Part shown: one piece after another, positions 50,430 to 62,093 of the stretch
How the letters are laid out: each line of letters begins with the position of its first letter
How positions within the stretch are numbered: position 1 is the first letter of the stretch
NCBI GenBank assembly: GCA_963850965.1
Contig: CAWKMT010000005.1
Location: 96,926 to 160,925, forward strand
Direction: 5' to 3'
From: an uncultured Actinomycetota bacterium
GTDB lineage: Bacteria > Actinomycetota > Actinomycetes > Propionibacteriales > Nocardioidaceae
DNA: 64,000 nt
Made by a program: the position numbers and the translations under genes
Notes under the pieces: model-generated
What the model was told of the DNA's origin: nothing
What the model saw: only the letters and a program-made list of their open reading frames with translations
The model's database searches: none

Positions 50430-51308
50430 TCAGGCGGATCCCGCTCCGGGCTCGGTCGCGGAGTCCGGGCCGTACCCGGGTGAGTAGACCTCGGTCTCGC
50501 GTCCGGGCCGCCGCTTCGCGCTGACCACGAAGTAGACCGCGGCAAGGACGAAGAGCACGATCGAGACCCAGACGTTGAGCCTGAGCCCGGCCACGTCGCT
50601 GAGCTGGACGTCGTCGATGCGCAGCATCTCGATCCAGCCGCGACCGGCGGTGTAGGCCATCACGTAGAGGGCGATCACCCGGCCGTGCCCGAGCTTGAAG
50701 CGTCGGTCGGCCCAGATGACCAGCGCGAAGGCGGCGAGGTTCCAGCCGAACTCGTAGAGGAACGTCGGGTGGAACGTGGCGTACTCGAAGTAGCCCAGCG
50801 GGCGCAGGTCGGGCTCGATCTCGAGACCCCACGGCAAGGTGGTCGGCTTGCCGAAGAGCTCCTGGTTGAACCAGTTGCCCCATCGGCCCAGGGCCTGGGC
50901 GACCAGGACCCCGGGGATCATCGCGTCCAGGACCGGGAGTAGGCGGATGCCCTTGCGGCGGGCGCCGATGACGACGCCGAGCGCCCCCATGGCGACAGCA
51001 CCCCAGATGCCGAGCCCTCCGCGCCAGACGTAGAGCGCCTCGATCGCGTTGCGCCCCTCCCCGAAGTAGAGGTGGCTGTCGGTGATCACGTGGTAGAGCC
51101 GGCCGCCCACGAGTCCGAACGGGACCGCCCAGACAGCGAGATCGCTGACCTCACCCGACGTGCCGCCGCGTGCGACCCAGCGCCGCTCGCCGATCCAGAT
51201 GGCAGCGACGATGCCGGCGATGATGGCCAGGGCGTATCCGCGCAGGGGCACCGGGCCGAGGTACCAGATGCCCGACGAGGGGCTCGGGATCGACAGGACC
51301 GTGAGCAT
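50430..51308 (-). CDS. lgt: Prolipoprotein diacylglyceryl transferase
   Basis: GGRLYHVIT, GGLGIWGA, QALGRWGNWFNQELFG, HPTFLYE. Confidence 0.95.
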   Translation of the reverse strand: MLTVLSIPSPSSGIWYLGPVPLRGYALAIIAGIVAAIWIGERRWVARGGTSGEVSDLAVWAVPFGLVGGRLYHVITDSHLYFGEGRNAIEALYVWRGGLGIWGAVAMGALGVVIGARRKGIRLLPVLDAMIPGVLVAQALGRWGNWFNQELFGKPTTLPWGLEIEPDLRPLGYFEYATFHPTFLYEFGWNLAAFALVIWADRRFKLGHGRVIALYVMAYTAGRGWIEMLRIDDVQLSDVAGLRLNVWVSIVLFVLAAVYFVVSAKRRPGRETEVYSPGYGPDSATEPGAGSA

Positions 51309-51311
51309 GGA

Positions 51312-51908
51312 TCAGCCCTCCGTGGACAGCAGTTGGTGGATGTCGGACGCGAACTCTGCGGCTGAGGTGCCCTGGGTCCACAGGACCGGGGCCACGTCGT
51401 CGCTGTCGACGCCCGTGACGTGGGTGCCGTGGACGACCTCGTAGCCCCCACTGGAGAGCTTCTCGCCCTTCTCGACGGCCACCGCGAGCGGCTTGCCGAT
51501 CGACGCGATCGTCGTGAGGTCACCGGTGAGCCCGATGAAGGTCGGGTCGAAGCGGTCGAGGTAGCCGCGCAGCGCTTCGGGCGAGTCCCGGGCGGGATCG
51601 GTGGTGACGAAGACGACGTCGACCTCGGCCCGGTCCGCCTCGTCCAGGCGGGTCAGCGCCGAGGCCAGCGAGGACATCACGACCTGGCAGATGTCGGGGC
51701 AGTTGATGTAGCCGAAGAAGACCAGCGTCAGTCGGCGGTCGGTGCTCGAGACCAGCGAGTAGTCGGCTCCGGTGGTGTCGGTCAGTGTCGTCGCCGGGAC
51801 GGTGTACGGCTCGTCCAGGACGACGCCACGGAAGTCGCCCTCGGGAGGCGCTCCCCCGCAGGCAGCCAGCAGGGCCGTGCTGGCCAGGGCCGCCAGGAGC
51901 CTACGCAC
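51312..51908 (-). CDS. SCO family (copper chaperone) lipoprotein
   Basis: Lipobox LAAC, FFGYINCPDIC (CxxxC), FVTTDPARD, conserved His in HGTHV; start 51908 or 51917. Confidence 0.85.
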   Translation of the reverse strand: MRRLLAALASTALLAACGGAPPEGDFRGVVLDEPYTVPATTLTDTTGADYSLVSSTDRRLTLVFFGYINCPDICQVVMSSLASALTRLDEADRAEVDVVFVTTDPARDSPEALRGYLDRFDPTFIGLTGDLTTIASIGKPLAVAVEKGEKLSSGGYEVVHGTHVTGVDSDDVAPVLWTQGTSAAEFASDIHQLLSTEG

Positions 51909-52694
51909 GACGGACACCGGCCGCGAGGTCCCCGGTGAGCGCACCCAGCGCCCGCAGGCCGGCGGCCCGGTCACCCGCATGGTCGAGGAGGGTGCGCACG
52001 AAGGCGGAGCCCACGATCACCCCGTCGGCGTACGCCGCCACCTCGGCGGCCTGGTCTCCGGTGCTCACGCCGAGCCCGACACCGACCGGCAGGTCGGTCG
52101 TGGCGCGGGTCCGGGCAACGAGGGGTCCGGCCAGGTCACTGGTCGTGGTGCGGGCGCCCGTGACGCCCATGACCGCGGTGGCGTAGACGAAGCCGCGGCA
52201 GGCGGCCGTGGTCATCGCGATCCGCTCGTCGGTGGACGAGGGCGCGACCAGGAAGATCTTGTCGAGGTTGTGCTCGTCGGCGGCGGCGATCCACTCGGGA
52301 CCGCTGTCGGGCGTGAGGTCAGGGGTGATCAGGCCGGCACCACCCGCGTTCGCCAGGTCGGCGGCGAAGCGGGCCACGCCGTACCGCTCGACGGGGTTCC
52401 AGTAGGTCATCACGACGGTCGGGACGCCGGTGGCGGCGACCGCCTCGACCGTGCGCAGCACGTCGTCGGTGCGGACGCCGCGCTCGAGCGCCTGCTGGGC
52501 AGCCGCCTGGATCGTGGGGCCGTCCATGACGGGGTCGGAGTAGGGCAGGCCCACCTCGATCACGTCGCAGCCGGACTCGACCATCACCCGGAGCGCGTCG
52601 ATGCCACCTGCGATGTCGGGGAAGCCGGCGGGCAGGTAGCCGACCAGAGCGGCCCGGCCCTCCGACTTCGCCTGCGTGAACGCGCGCGCGACGC

Positions 52695-52698
<4 letters not shown>
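51901..52698 (-). CDS. trpA: Tryptophan synthase alpha
   Basis: [41 protein letters not shown]. Confidence 0.97.
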
Positions 52699-53974
<1,276 letters not shown>

Positions 53975-53975
<1 letters not shown>

Positions 53976-54772
53976 CAGTTCTCCTCGGGTCCGGTCGTGA
54001 GTCCGGTCATCGCCTGCACCGCACCGCGGGGGTCGCCGTCCTTGACGAGCGCCTCCCCCACGAGCACTGCCCGCGCACCCTCGTCGACGAAGCGCTGCAC
54101 GTCGACGGGACCGGAGATGCCGGACTCGGCGACGGCCACGACCGTGCTCGGGAGCAGGGGTGCCAGGCGGCCGAACGTGTCGTTGTCGACAGCGAGCGTC
54201 TTGAGGTTGCGGGCGTTGACGCCGATCAGCTCGGCGCCCAGTGTCACGGCGCGCTCGGTCTCGGCCTCGTCGTGGACCTCGACCAGCACGGTCAGGCCCA
54301 GCTCGCGGGCCTCGTCGTGCAGCCGGCGCAGCAGGTCGTCGTCGAGGGCGGCCACGATCAGGAGCGCGAGGTCGGCTCCGGCGGCCCGGGCCTCGACGAG
54401 CTGGTAGGAGGTGACGATGAAGTCCTTGCGGAGCACGGGGGTGTCCACGGCCGCCCGAACGGCCCGCAGGTCCGCGAGGCTGCCCCCGAAGCGGCGCTGC
54501 TCGGTGAGGACGCTGATCGCGGCGGCTCCGCCGGCGGCGTACTGCTGGGCCAGCGAGGCGGGGTCGGCGATCTCGGCGAGGTCGCCCTTGCTGGGGCTGC
54601 GGCGCTTGACCTCGGCGATCACGCTCGAGGTGGCCGAGCGCAGGTGGGGCATCGGGTCCCGAGCGGGGTCGACGTCGGCGAGGGCCGCCTGCAGGTCACG
54701 CAGGCTGGTGGTCGCCTCACGCTCCGCGAGGTCGATCCGTACGCCGGCGACGATGTCGTCGAGCACGGACAT
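53975..54772 (-). CDS. trpC: Indole-3-glycerol phosphate synthase
   Basis: [41 protein letters not shown]. Confidence 0.95.
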
Positions 54773-54841
54773 GGGTTCTCCATCGATCGAAGCGGGTGAG
54801 GGGCAAGCCTCTCACCCCGGGGGCGAGGGCTGGTGGGGGGC

Positions 54842-55276
54842 TCAGGAGGCGAGCCAGGCACCCACCGGAAGGTTACGCAGGACGGTGAAGAGCGTGAGCC
54901 CGATCAGCAGCGCCACCCAGGTCGCGGAGCGGACGTGGACCGGCTTGGTGGCCGCTCCCCCGCGCCAGAGCGCGACCACGCGACGGCCCCAGAGGGCGAT
55001 GACGACCGGGACAGCCAGGACCAGCACGAGGTTGCTCGACGCCGCCGCGACCAGGTCGACGTGGGTCAGGTCGTTGACGGCCCGCAGGCTGCCGCAGAGC
55101 GGGCAGTCGAAGCCGATCAGGGCGGTCGGGCAGTAGCCCCAGGCACCCGAGGCGTGCGGGTCGCGAAGGTTCAGCGCGACCGTGCCGAGGCCGACGACCG
55201 CAGCCGTGGCGAGCGGGGAGGCCAGACGCGCAGCCCGGCTCGGCTGCGTGACCAGGTCAGGCGCGGCGAGACTCAC
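54842..55276 (-). CDS. DUF2752 membrane protein
   Basis: CP...GFDCPLCGSLRA motif, SSN, FTVLRNLP. Confidence 0.85.
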   Translation of the reverse strand: MSLAAPDLVTQPSRAARLASPLATAAVVGLGTVALNLRDPHASGAWGYCPTALIGFDCPLCGSLRAVNDLTHVDLVAAASSNLVLVLAVPVVIALWGRRVVALWRGGAATKPVHVRSATWVALLIGLTLFTVLRNLPVGAWLAS

Positions 55277-55286
55277 GGGCGGTCCA

Positions 55287-55484
55287 TCAGTGCTCGACGT
55301 GGTAGCCCAGCTTGGACATCACGACGAAGACGAGCAAGGAGCCGACTGCGATGGCGACGCCGACCCAGAACATCGCCATGCTGACCGGCGACAGCATCAG
55401 CGCCACGCTGCCCACGAGGAAGCCGACCAGGGCGACGACGACGGCGCTCCAGGCTGCGGGGGTGTTGCCGTGGCTGTCAGACAT
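55287..55484 (-). CDS. HGxxPAAW-family small membrane protein
   Basis: MSDSHGNTPAAW plus two TM helices; SD GAGGAG. Confidence 0.85.
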   Translation of the reverse strand: MSDSHGNTPAAWSAVVVALVGFLVGSVALMLSPVSMAMFWVGVAIAVGSLLVFVVMSKLGYHVEH

Positions 55485-55549
55485 GCGAGCTCCTCGTGAC
55501 GGGGACATCGTGGCGTGATGCCGTGGTGCGGTGGTGCGTTCGGGTCAGT

Positions 55550-56161
55550 CTATTCGTCTGCTCGCGCGGTGGGGTCGCGACCCTCGTCCATCGCCTTCCA
55601 GAGGTCCAGGCTGGTCTGGTCCTCCGGGTCGCTCGGTGCGGGAGAGCTCGCGGTGCCGGGGGCGTCGTACCTGCTGCCCATCTCGGGCCAGGCCGGCACC
55701 CAGCGCAGGGCAAACAGCGTCGCGGCGGTCGAGGCGAGCCCAGCCACCGCCGCGGCCCAGAACCAGCCGGTGCGGGTCACGTCGAGCTCCTCGACGATGC
55801 CCACGTCGGCAAAACTCGAACGCACGGAGTCGGGCACCGAGGACCAGCCCACGACCACGCTCGCCAGCACCCCCGCCGAGGCGAGCGCACCCAGGGCGGC
55901 AACCGCTCGGCGTACCCTCCCGCGGCTGACGAGGATCACGCCCCAGCACGCCAGGACGACCAGCGCGAGCGCGCCGGCCAACGGCATCTGCTCGGCGTCA
56001 GCGGTGAGCGCCAGCGCCGAGAAGTCCCCCGCTCTGCCTCCCGAGCCGTGCGCCCAGGGCTTGTTGCCCGCGACGGCGCCGAGCGTGCCGGACGCGAGGC
56101 CGAGCAGCAGGACCGGCCCGAACGTGCGCCGGGCGCGAGACTTCTCGACGGCGTCAGCCAT
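55550..56161 (-). CDS. Trp biosynthesis-associated membrane protein (TIGR02234-like)
   Basis: 4 [26 protein letters not shown]. Confidence 0.85.
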   Translation of the reverse strand: MADAVEKSRARRTFGPVLLLGLASGTLGAVAGNKPWAHGSGGRAGDFSALALTADAEQMPLAGALALVVLACWGVILVSRGRVRRAVAALGALASAGVLASVVVGWSSVPDSVRSSFADVGIVEELDVTRTGWFWAAAVAGLASTAATLFALRWVPAWPEMGSRYDAPGTASSPAPSDPEDQTSLDLWKAMDEGRDPTARADE

Positions 56162-56504
56162 CGGTCGCGAGCAGCAGGTCGGCGTCGAAGCAGGTGTGCT
56201 CGCCGGTGTGGCAGGCCGCACCCTCCTGGTCGACGAGGACGAGCAGGGTGTCGCCGTCGCAGTCGAGCCGGACCTCCTTGACCCACTGGACGTGGCCCGA
56301 GGTCTCACCCTTGAGCCAGTACTCCTGGCGCGAGCGGCTCCAGTACGTCGCGCGCCCTGTCGTGAGGGTGCGGGCCAGCGCCTCGTCGTCCATCCAGCCG
56401 AGCATCAACACTTCACGGGTGTCGTGCTGCTGCACCACGGCGGGCACGAGCCCCTCCGGGGATCGCTTGAGGCGGGCGGCGAGCGCGGGGTCGAGGGAGG
56501 TCAC
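56154..56504 (-). CDS. hisI: Phosphoribosyl-AMP cyclohydrolase
   Basis: [45 protein letters not shown]. Confidence 0.95.
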   Translation of the reverse strand: MTSLDPALAARLKRSPEGLVPAVVQQHDTREVLMLGWMDDEALARTLTTGRATYWSRSRQEYWLKGETSGHVQWVKEVRLDCDGDTLLVLVDQEGAACHTGEHTCFDADLLLATDG

Positions 56505-56653
56505 GGCTCCAGTATCGCGTGCGGTCGGTCGAGCGTGGGCCGGTGGGCGAGCAGGCGAGGTGAGGGAGGTCGACGGCGCTCGGCGAGCGTCGCCGGAGGG
56601 CTAGCTGTTTCTTGTCCACATGTCGGAAGATCGGCGGGTTTTCGGGGTCGGAA

Positions 56654-56675
56654 TGTCGGTGGTCCCGGCTTGACT
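56654..56675 (+). promoter_or_regulatory. PafBC/RecA-NDp-type promoter (mini element)
   Basis: TGTCGG-N10-TTGACT-N6-ATG; -10 deviates from TANNNT at position 2. Confidence 0.5.
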
Positions 56676-56732
56676 TGACCCATGACCGAGACGCTCGACT
56701 CAAGACCCACGGGGCTGAGCCACGCTCGCGAA

Positions 56733-56778
56733 CGACCGAGGGGGTGAGTGGCGCGAACGCCACTCACCCCCTCGGTCG
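56733..56778. terminator. 21-bp perfect hairpin, UUCG tetraloop on the - strand
   Basis: CGACCGAGGGGGTGAGTGGCG-CGAA-CGCCACTCACCCCCTCGGTCG, 13 nt past the surface-protein stop. Confidence 0.8.
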
Positions 56779-56790
56779 ATCTCTGCTCGC

Positions 56791-59700
56791 TCAGTCCAGG
56801 TGGAAGGAAGCCACCCGGGTGGAGCCCGAAGCCACCGTTCCCGCCTTCCGGAGCCGAACCTTGAGCGTGTGCTGTCCGCTCGAGAGCCCACGGATCTTCA
56901 GCCTCAGCCGACCGTTGTTGATCGTCCTGCGCGCGATCACGCGACCACGGTCGACCACCTGGATCACCCCGGACACCGCCGAAACTCCAGGCGCCCTGAC
57001 CGCGATCTTGAGTCGCACGCTGCGACCCTTGACGACCCGACGCACCGAGAACCTCGGCGTCGACAGGACCGGACGGGTGGCCGAGGACGTCCGCACGACG
57101 GGCGTCGAGCCCTCGTCGGTGTAGGTCGCCCGGACCGAGATCGCACGACCCAGGTCGTCCGCCGTCAGCTTGTACGTCTCGCCGACCGCGCCCGGCACCG
57201 TGGTACCGGCTCGCAACCACTGGTAGCTGACGGTGGCGTCGGACGGGGACACCGAGCCGGCCGAGGCCTGCAGGGTCCGGCCGAGCCTGGGCTTGCCGGC
57301 CACGCTCGGTCCGCCGGTGACGACGATGGTGTCGCTCGTGACCGCTGCCGTCGGGTCGGACGTTGCGGTGCCATCGGTGAACTCGGCCTTGCGAGCCGTG
57401 ACCACCACCGTCATCGTCTTGCCGACCTCGGCCTCGGTCAGCGTGTAGGTGGCCGCAGTTGCTCCACCGATCGCCACCCCCGCCGCACGCCACTGGTAGC
57501 TGTACGTCGTCGGCGTGGGCGACCAGGTGCCGTTGTCGGTCGTGAGCACCTCGCCGACCCGGGCAGTCCCCGTGATCCGGGGCCGGACAGTGGCGACGAG
57601 AGCATCGGCTGCCACCACGGCCCCAGTCGCATCCGACGTGGCGCTGGCGTCGGCGTACTCGGCCTTGCGAGCCGTGACCACCACGGTCATCGCCTTGCCG
57701 AGCTCGGCTTCGGTGAGCTTGTAGGTGGCTTCGGTCGCGCCAGCGATCGGCACCCCATCTGCCCTCCACTGGTACACGAACGACGTCGGCGTGGGCGTCC
57801 AGGTGCCGTTGTCGGTCGTGAGCACCTCGCCGACTCGAGCCTCTCCCGTGATCCGGGGCCGAGCAGAGGCGACGAGTACGTCGCCAGCCACCACGGCCGC
57901 GGTGTAGGCCGATTCGGCCTGCCCGGCGGCGTAGCCGGTCAGGGCAGCCACGACCCGAACCCCCATCCGTTGACCGATCTGGGCGTCAGCAGGAGTGAAG
58001 GTGGCCGCGGTGGCCCCAGGGATCGCGGAACCGTTGGCGAGCCACTGGTAGGTGTAGCTCGCACCCTCGACGGACCAGGTGCCCGAGCTGGCCGTCAGCG
58101 CCCGACCTGACTTGGGGGTGCCGGTGATGACGGGAGCGGTCACGTTCGTGATCGGACCCGCGGTCACCTTGTCCGTGGGCTTCGAGGTCGCCTTGACCGA
58201 GTCAGCGGTGACCCTGACCGCGATGACCTTGTTGAGCTGCTCCGGTGTGATCCGGAAGGTCGCGGCCGTGGCACCGGCGATGTCGATCTCGTTGGCGATC
58301 CACTGGTAGGTGACCGAGCTCGGCCTCGTGCTCCACTGACCCGCGGTCGCCGTCAACGTCGCGCCCGTGACCGGGTCCCCCGTCACCGTCGGCAGCAGGC
58401 GGTTCTCGAAGGCCGCCGGGAACGGGAAGCTCGTGGCCCTCGAGGTCGCCAACGAGGTCAGCGTGGTGGACTGAAGTGTCGGCGAGGAAGCCGTCACCTC
58501 GATCGAGTAGGCGTCACCCGATGACCCGGGTGCGCTCGTGGGAATCGTGTAGGTGAAGCCGGTCTGGGCGGGGGTGATCGGCACACCATTGGCGAGCCAC
58601 CTGATCGTGAGGTCAGCCTCGCCGGGGCTCCAGGTGCCGGGGTTCGCCGTCAGCTTGCCACCCGACGTGGCCCCGCCACTGATCCAGGGACCGGTGAGGT
58701 TCATGACCGCGAACGGATCGAGCTGGAAGTTGACCCCACTCGTCGCACCACTCACCACGACGTCCTTGGCGGACGCCACGTCCTGCGCATTGGGCCAGAA
58801 GCGCGTGAAGTCGTTGGTGTCCGACCTCGGCCGTTCGCCTCGATCCGGTACGTGCGCTCGGACAGGGGCAAGGTGTAGGCACCCTTCGCGTTCGAGGCCG
58901 CGCTACCGGGAGCCGATCGCCAGCTGGCGATCGGGAACCCGTCGACGATGTTGTCCACGAGGTTGTACTGGGCCGAGATCAGAGCGCCCGAGATGGGGGC
59001 AGCCGAGCTGTCGAGCAGGGTGCCGGACACCGAGCCCACAGCAGGGAGCCGGTAGGTGATCCCGGTCTCGGACTTCCCGGACGTGAGCTTGATGTCTGCG
59101 CCCTTGTCCAGTCCCACCAGGTTCGGGAGGTAGCCGACGCCGCGGGACGGGAGGTCGACGCGAAGGCGGTAGGTCCCGGCCGGGGCGGAGAGCGAGAAGA
59201 TCCCGTCGTCGAGCTCGACCTCGGGCAGCATCGACCAGGAGGTCCGGATCGCGCCCGTGGTGGCGTCGCGCTCGCTGACCTCGTGCACGAGGCGGATCGT
59301 CCCCGACCCGGTGAACACGGTCTGGTCGGCGTTCAGCAGCCGTCCGGTCAACCGGCCGTCGAGGCGCACCATCTTCACCGGGTCCAGCAGCTCGGTCGAT
59401 CCTGCCTCGACGACCACGTTCCTGGCAGAGTCGATCGCGGTCGCATCCTGGTAGTACCGCGGTTCGAAGACCGAGCCAGCCTGGTAACCGAGGCGGTACG
59501 TGCCCGCGGGGACACCCACCTGGTAGCCGCCCTGGGCATTGGTGTCGCCCTTGGCCACCGACGTCCACGTCCGCGTGCCGTCGGCGGCAACGGAGATCTT
59601 GTAGACGGTGACGACAACGCCCGTCATCGGCTCCGGTTCCGGGTAGGACGTCATTGGTCACGGTGCCGGCGATCGTCGCGTTCCGCACGGTCAGGGCAAC

Positions 59701-60453
59701 CGTCTTCAACGCAGATTCTCGTTGGTGACCGTCACGGGGGTGGCCTCCTCGCGCGTGGTCGCGGGGGTCTTCGTGTCGGAGTCGTCGTAGTACGCCGGGA
59801 GGTACCCGGACCCGGCGTAGCCGACCGTGTAGGTGCCGGCCGGGACGGTGGCGGAGTACTTCCCATCAGCACCGGTGACAGCCAGGGGCGCGGTCTGCGC
59901 CTCGGTCCAGGTCGTGGTGCCGTCCGCGTTGAGCTGGCCCGACTCGACCGTGATCTTCACGCCCTTGATCGGCGCCCCCGTAGCAGACTCGACGAGACCG
60001 GAGAGGATGACGTTGCGCGCGCTCAGCTTGACCGTGCTCAACGGCTTGTCGGCGTTGGTGACCTCCACGTCGACACCACCCTCACGAGTGGACGCCGGCG
60101 GGTTCTCGCCGTTGTAGAACGCCGGCGAGTAGCCGGACCCCGTGTAGCCAACCTTGTAGGTGCCGGCCGGCACGGTGGCGACGTACTTCGCCATCGGCAC
60201 CGGTGACCGCCGGCGTCCCCGTCTGCGCCTCGGACCACGTCGTGGTGCCGTCCGCTGTGAGCTTGGACGACTCGACCGAGATCTTGATCCCGCCGATCGG
60301 CGTGCCGCCAGCGGAGGTGACGATCCCGGAGATCTTGTAGGTCGTGGCCGCGTACGCGGCCGGGACCATGCCGGCCAACACTCCCGCGACGAGCGAGAGG
60401 ACCACGGCCAACAGACCGAGTTGGCGAGTCAGGACGGACCTTCGAGACGGCAT
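56791..60453 (-). pseudogene. ~1220-aa secreted surface protein (carboxypeptidase-regulatory/Cna-like domains plus Ig-like repeats), split by four frameshifts
   Basis: Signal peptide in ORF 60082-60453; continuous domain sequence across ORFs 59706-60200, 58903-59709, 58752-59654 and 56791-58779; repeats such as TGxxRVGEVLTTDNGTW..PT..YQW; basic C-terminal Ig-like domain. Confidence 0.8.
57385..57900. repeat. Intragenic tandem duplication, 276-bp (92-aa) period
   Basis: CAGGTGCCGTTGTCGGTCGTGAGCACCTCGCCGAC at 57524 and 57800; CGGCCTTGCGAGCCGTGACCACCAC recurs with the same offset. Confidence 0.85.
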
Positions 60454-60669
60454 GGCAAAACCTCACATGACAAGTTGTCCAAATTGCCCCAGCGGGAGCA
60501 TCGTGCACAACGGAGCCAACAACGTTTGGTTATCGGACACGTGGAAAACGCGCACCACCGGGCAAAATTGGCCCACTGGACTGGACCGCTCAGGAGTTTG
60601 TTGCGCCATCCGGGCCACACAACAATTTCTTTCCACATCCGGGCGTTGGGCCGGTTTTCGGGGCTGGAA

Positions 60670-60691
60670 TGTCGGTGGTCCCGGCTTGAAT
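60670..60691 (+). promoter_or_regulatory. PafBC/RecA-NDp-type promoter (full HNH element)
   Basis: TGTCGG-N10-TTGAAT-N6-ATG (leaderless geometry). Confidence 0.55.
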
Positions 60692-60697
60692 TGATCC

Positions 60698-62028
60698 ATG
60701 ACCGAGACGCTCGCCGATGTCGACACCGCTGCTGGGGTGCTCGAGTTGGCGCGGGCGCAGCGGACCGCGGCCGACACCGCCGAGGCCACTCTGTTGCAGG
60801 CGGCGGTGGCGTGGGCGGTGATGCACTCGACCGAGTCGCTGGACGATGCGGCGTCGATCACCGACCGGTGTTTCCTGGAGGAGTCGCTGCCGATCGCGGG
60901 TCCGGGTGCCCCGTTGATCGCGGAGTTCTCGATCACTGAGTTCGCGGTCGCGGTCGGGCTGTCGACCGAGGCCGGGAAGGCGTACCTGGGTGAGGCGGTC
61001 GAGCTGCGCTACCGACTCCCGCGGGTCTGGAAGCGCGTCGCTGGTGGTGACCTGGTGGCGTGGAAGGCGAGGTGGATCGCCAAGGCCACCCTGTCGCTCT
61101 CGATGGAGGCCGCTCGGTTCGTGGACGCCCGGGTCGCGGCGTTTGCGCACCGGCTCCGCGTCAGTGAGCTCGACCGCCTGGTCGAGACCGCGATCGCCCA
61201 GTTCATGCCCGAGGAGGCCGAACGCCGCCGCAAGGCCGCCGCGGACGGCCGGTCGTTCAACGTCGGGAAGTCCCGCACCGGTCTCGACGGGAACGCCGAT
61301 GTCTGGGGCACCCTCGATGTGGCCGATGCCCTCGACCTCGACGCCGCCGTTGCCGAGGGTGCCGAGGCGTTGAAGACACTCGGGTCGACCGAGTCGTTGG
61401 ACGTACGCCGCGCCCAGGCACTCGGGGCGATCGCCCGACGTCAGCTGGCCTTCGACCTCAACGGCACCGACGACGAGACCGGCTCGACGCCCGCGCGGAA
61501 GCCGCGGCAGGTGGTCCTCCACGTCCACCTCTCCGAGGCCGCGATCCGTGGCGAGGCCGGTGGGCTCGGGCGGTTCGAGAACACCCGGAGCCCGATCACC
61601 GTCGAGCAGATCCGCGACTGGTGCGGCAACCCCGACGCCCAGGTCGTCGTGAAGCCGGTCATCGACCTGGACGATCACCACCACGTGAATGCCTACGAGG
61701 TCCCCGACCGGATCCGTGAGCAATCCGCCCTGATCACCCAGACCTGTGTCTTCCCGTGGTGCACCAGATCAGCCCGACGTTGCGACAGCGACCACATCCA
61801 GCCCTACGACTCCGGCGGATCGACGTCCAGTGACAACATTGCGCCACTCTGCCGCAGGCACCATCGGCTCAAGACCCACGGCGGCTGGACCTACCGACCA
61901 CTCGAGCCCGGTGCCCATCTCTGGTCCAGCCCCCACGGCTACCGTTCCTCCGCAATGAGTCCGGCACCCTCGACGTCAGCCGCGACAAGCACCCGACGTC
62001 GGCCGCCCCACCCGACCGAAGAGCCTGA
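60698..62028 (+). CDS. DUF222/13E12-repeat family HNH endonuclease (1-nt frameshift near 61945; corrected stop 62028, track stop 62242)
   Basis: Helical N domain (GEAVELRYRLPRVW, SLDVRRAQALG), C-terminal CVFPWC...CDSDH...NIAPLCRRHHRLKTHGGW; shifted frame continues HGY-FLRNESGTLDVSRD...PPDRRA*. Confidence 0.85.
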
Positions 62029-62093
62029 CCGCCCCACACCCCGCCCGAGCAACACCGGCGGGGCCAGTGGCACGTCCGAACCGACAAGGAGCC

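Larger units (their letters stand above)
56608..56778 (+). mobile_element. Miniature, internally deleted derivative of the DUF222-HNH element
   Basis: 56637-56697 matches 60653-60713 at 57/61 nt; next 14 nt CTCAAGACCCACGG (56699-56712) identical to 61868-61881 near the HNH 3' end; upstream TTTCTT(G)TCCACAT shared. Confidence 0.65.

Noticed and set aside
54773-54841. Trp attenuator before trpC
   Set aside because: A hairpin exists (GGGTGAG/CTCACCC) but there is no Trp-codon leader peptide
57385-57900. CRISPR-like regular repeats
   Set aside because: In-frame 276-bp domain duplication; no short repeat-spacer pattern and no cas genes
60698-62028. IscB/TnpB/Cas9-like RNA-guided nuclease
   Set aside because: Only a terminal HNH with Zn-binding Cys; no RuvC motifs or bridge helix visible
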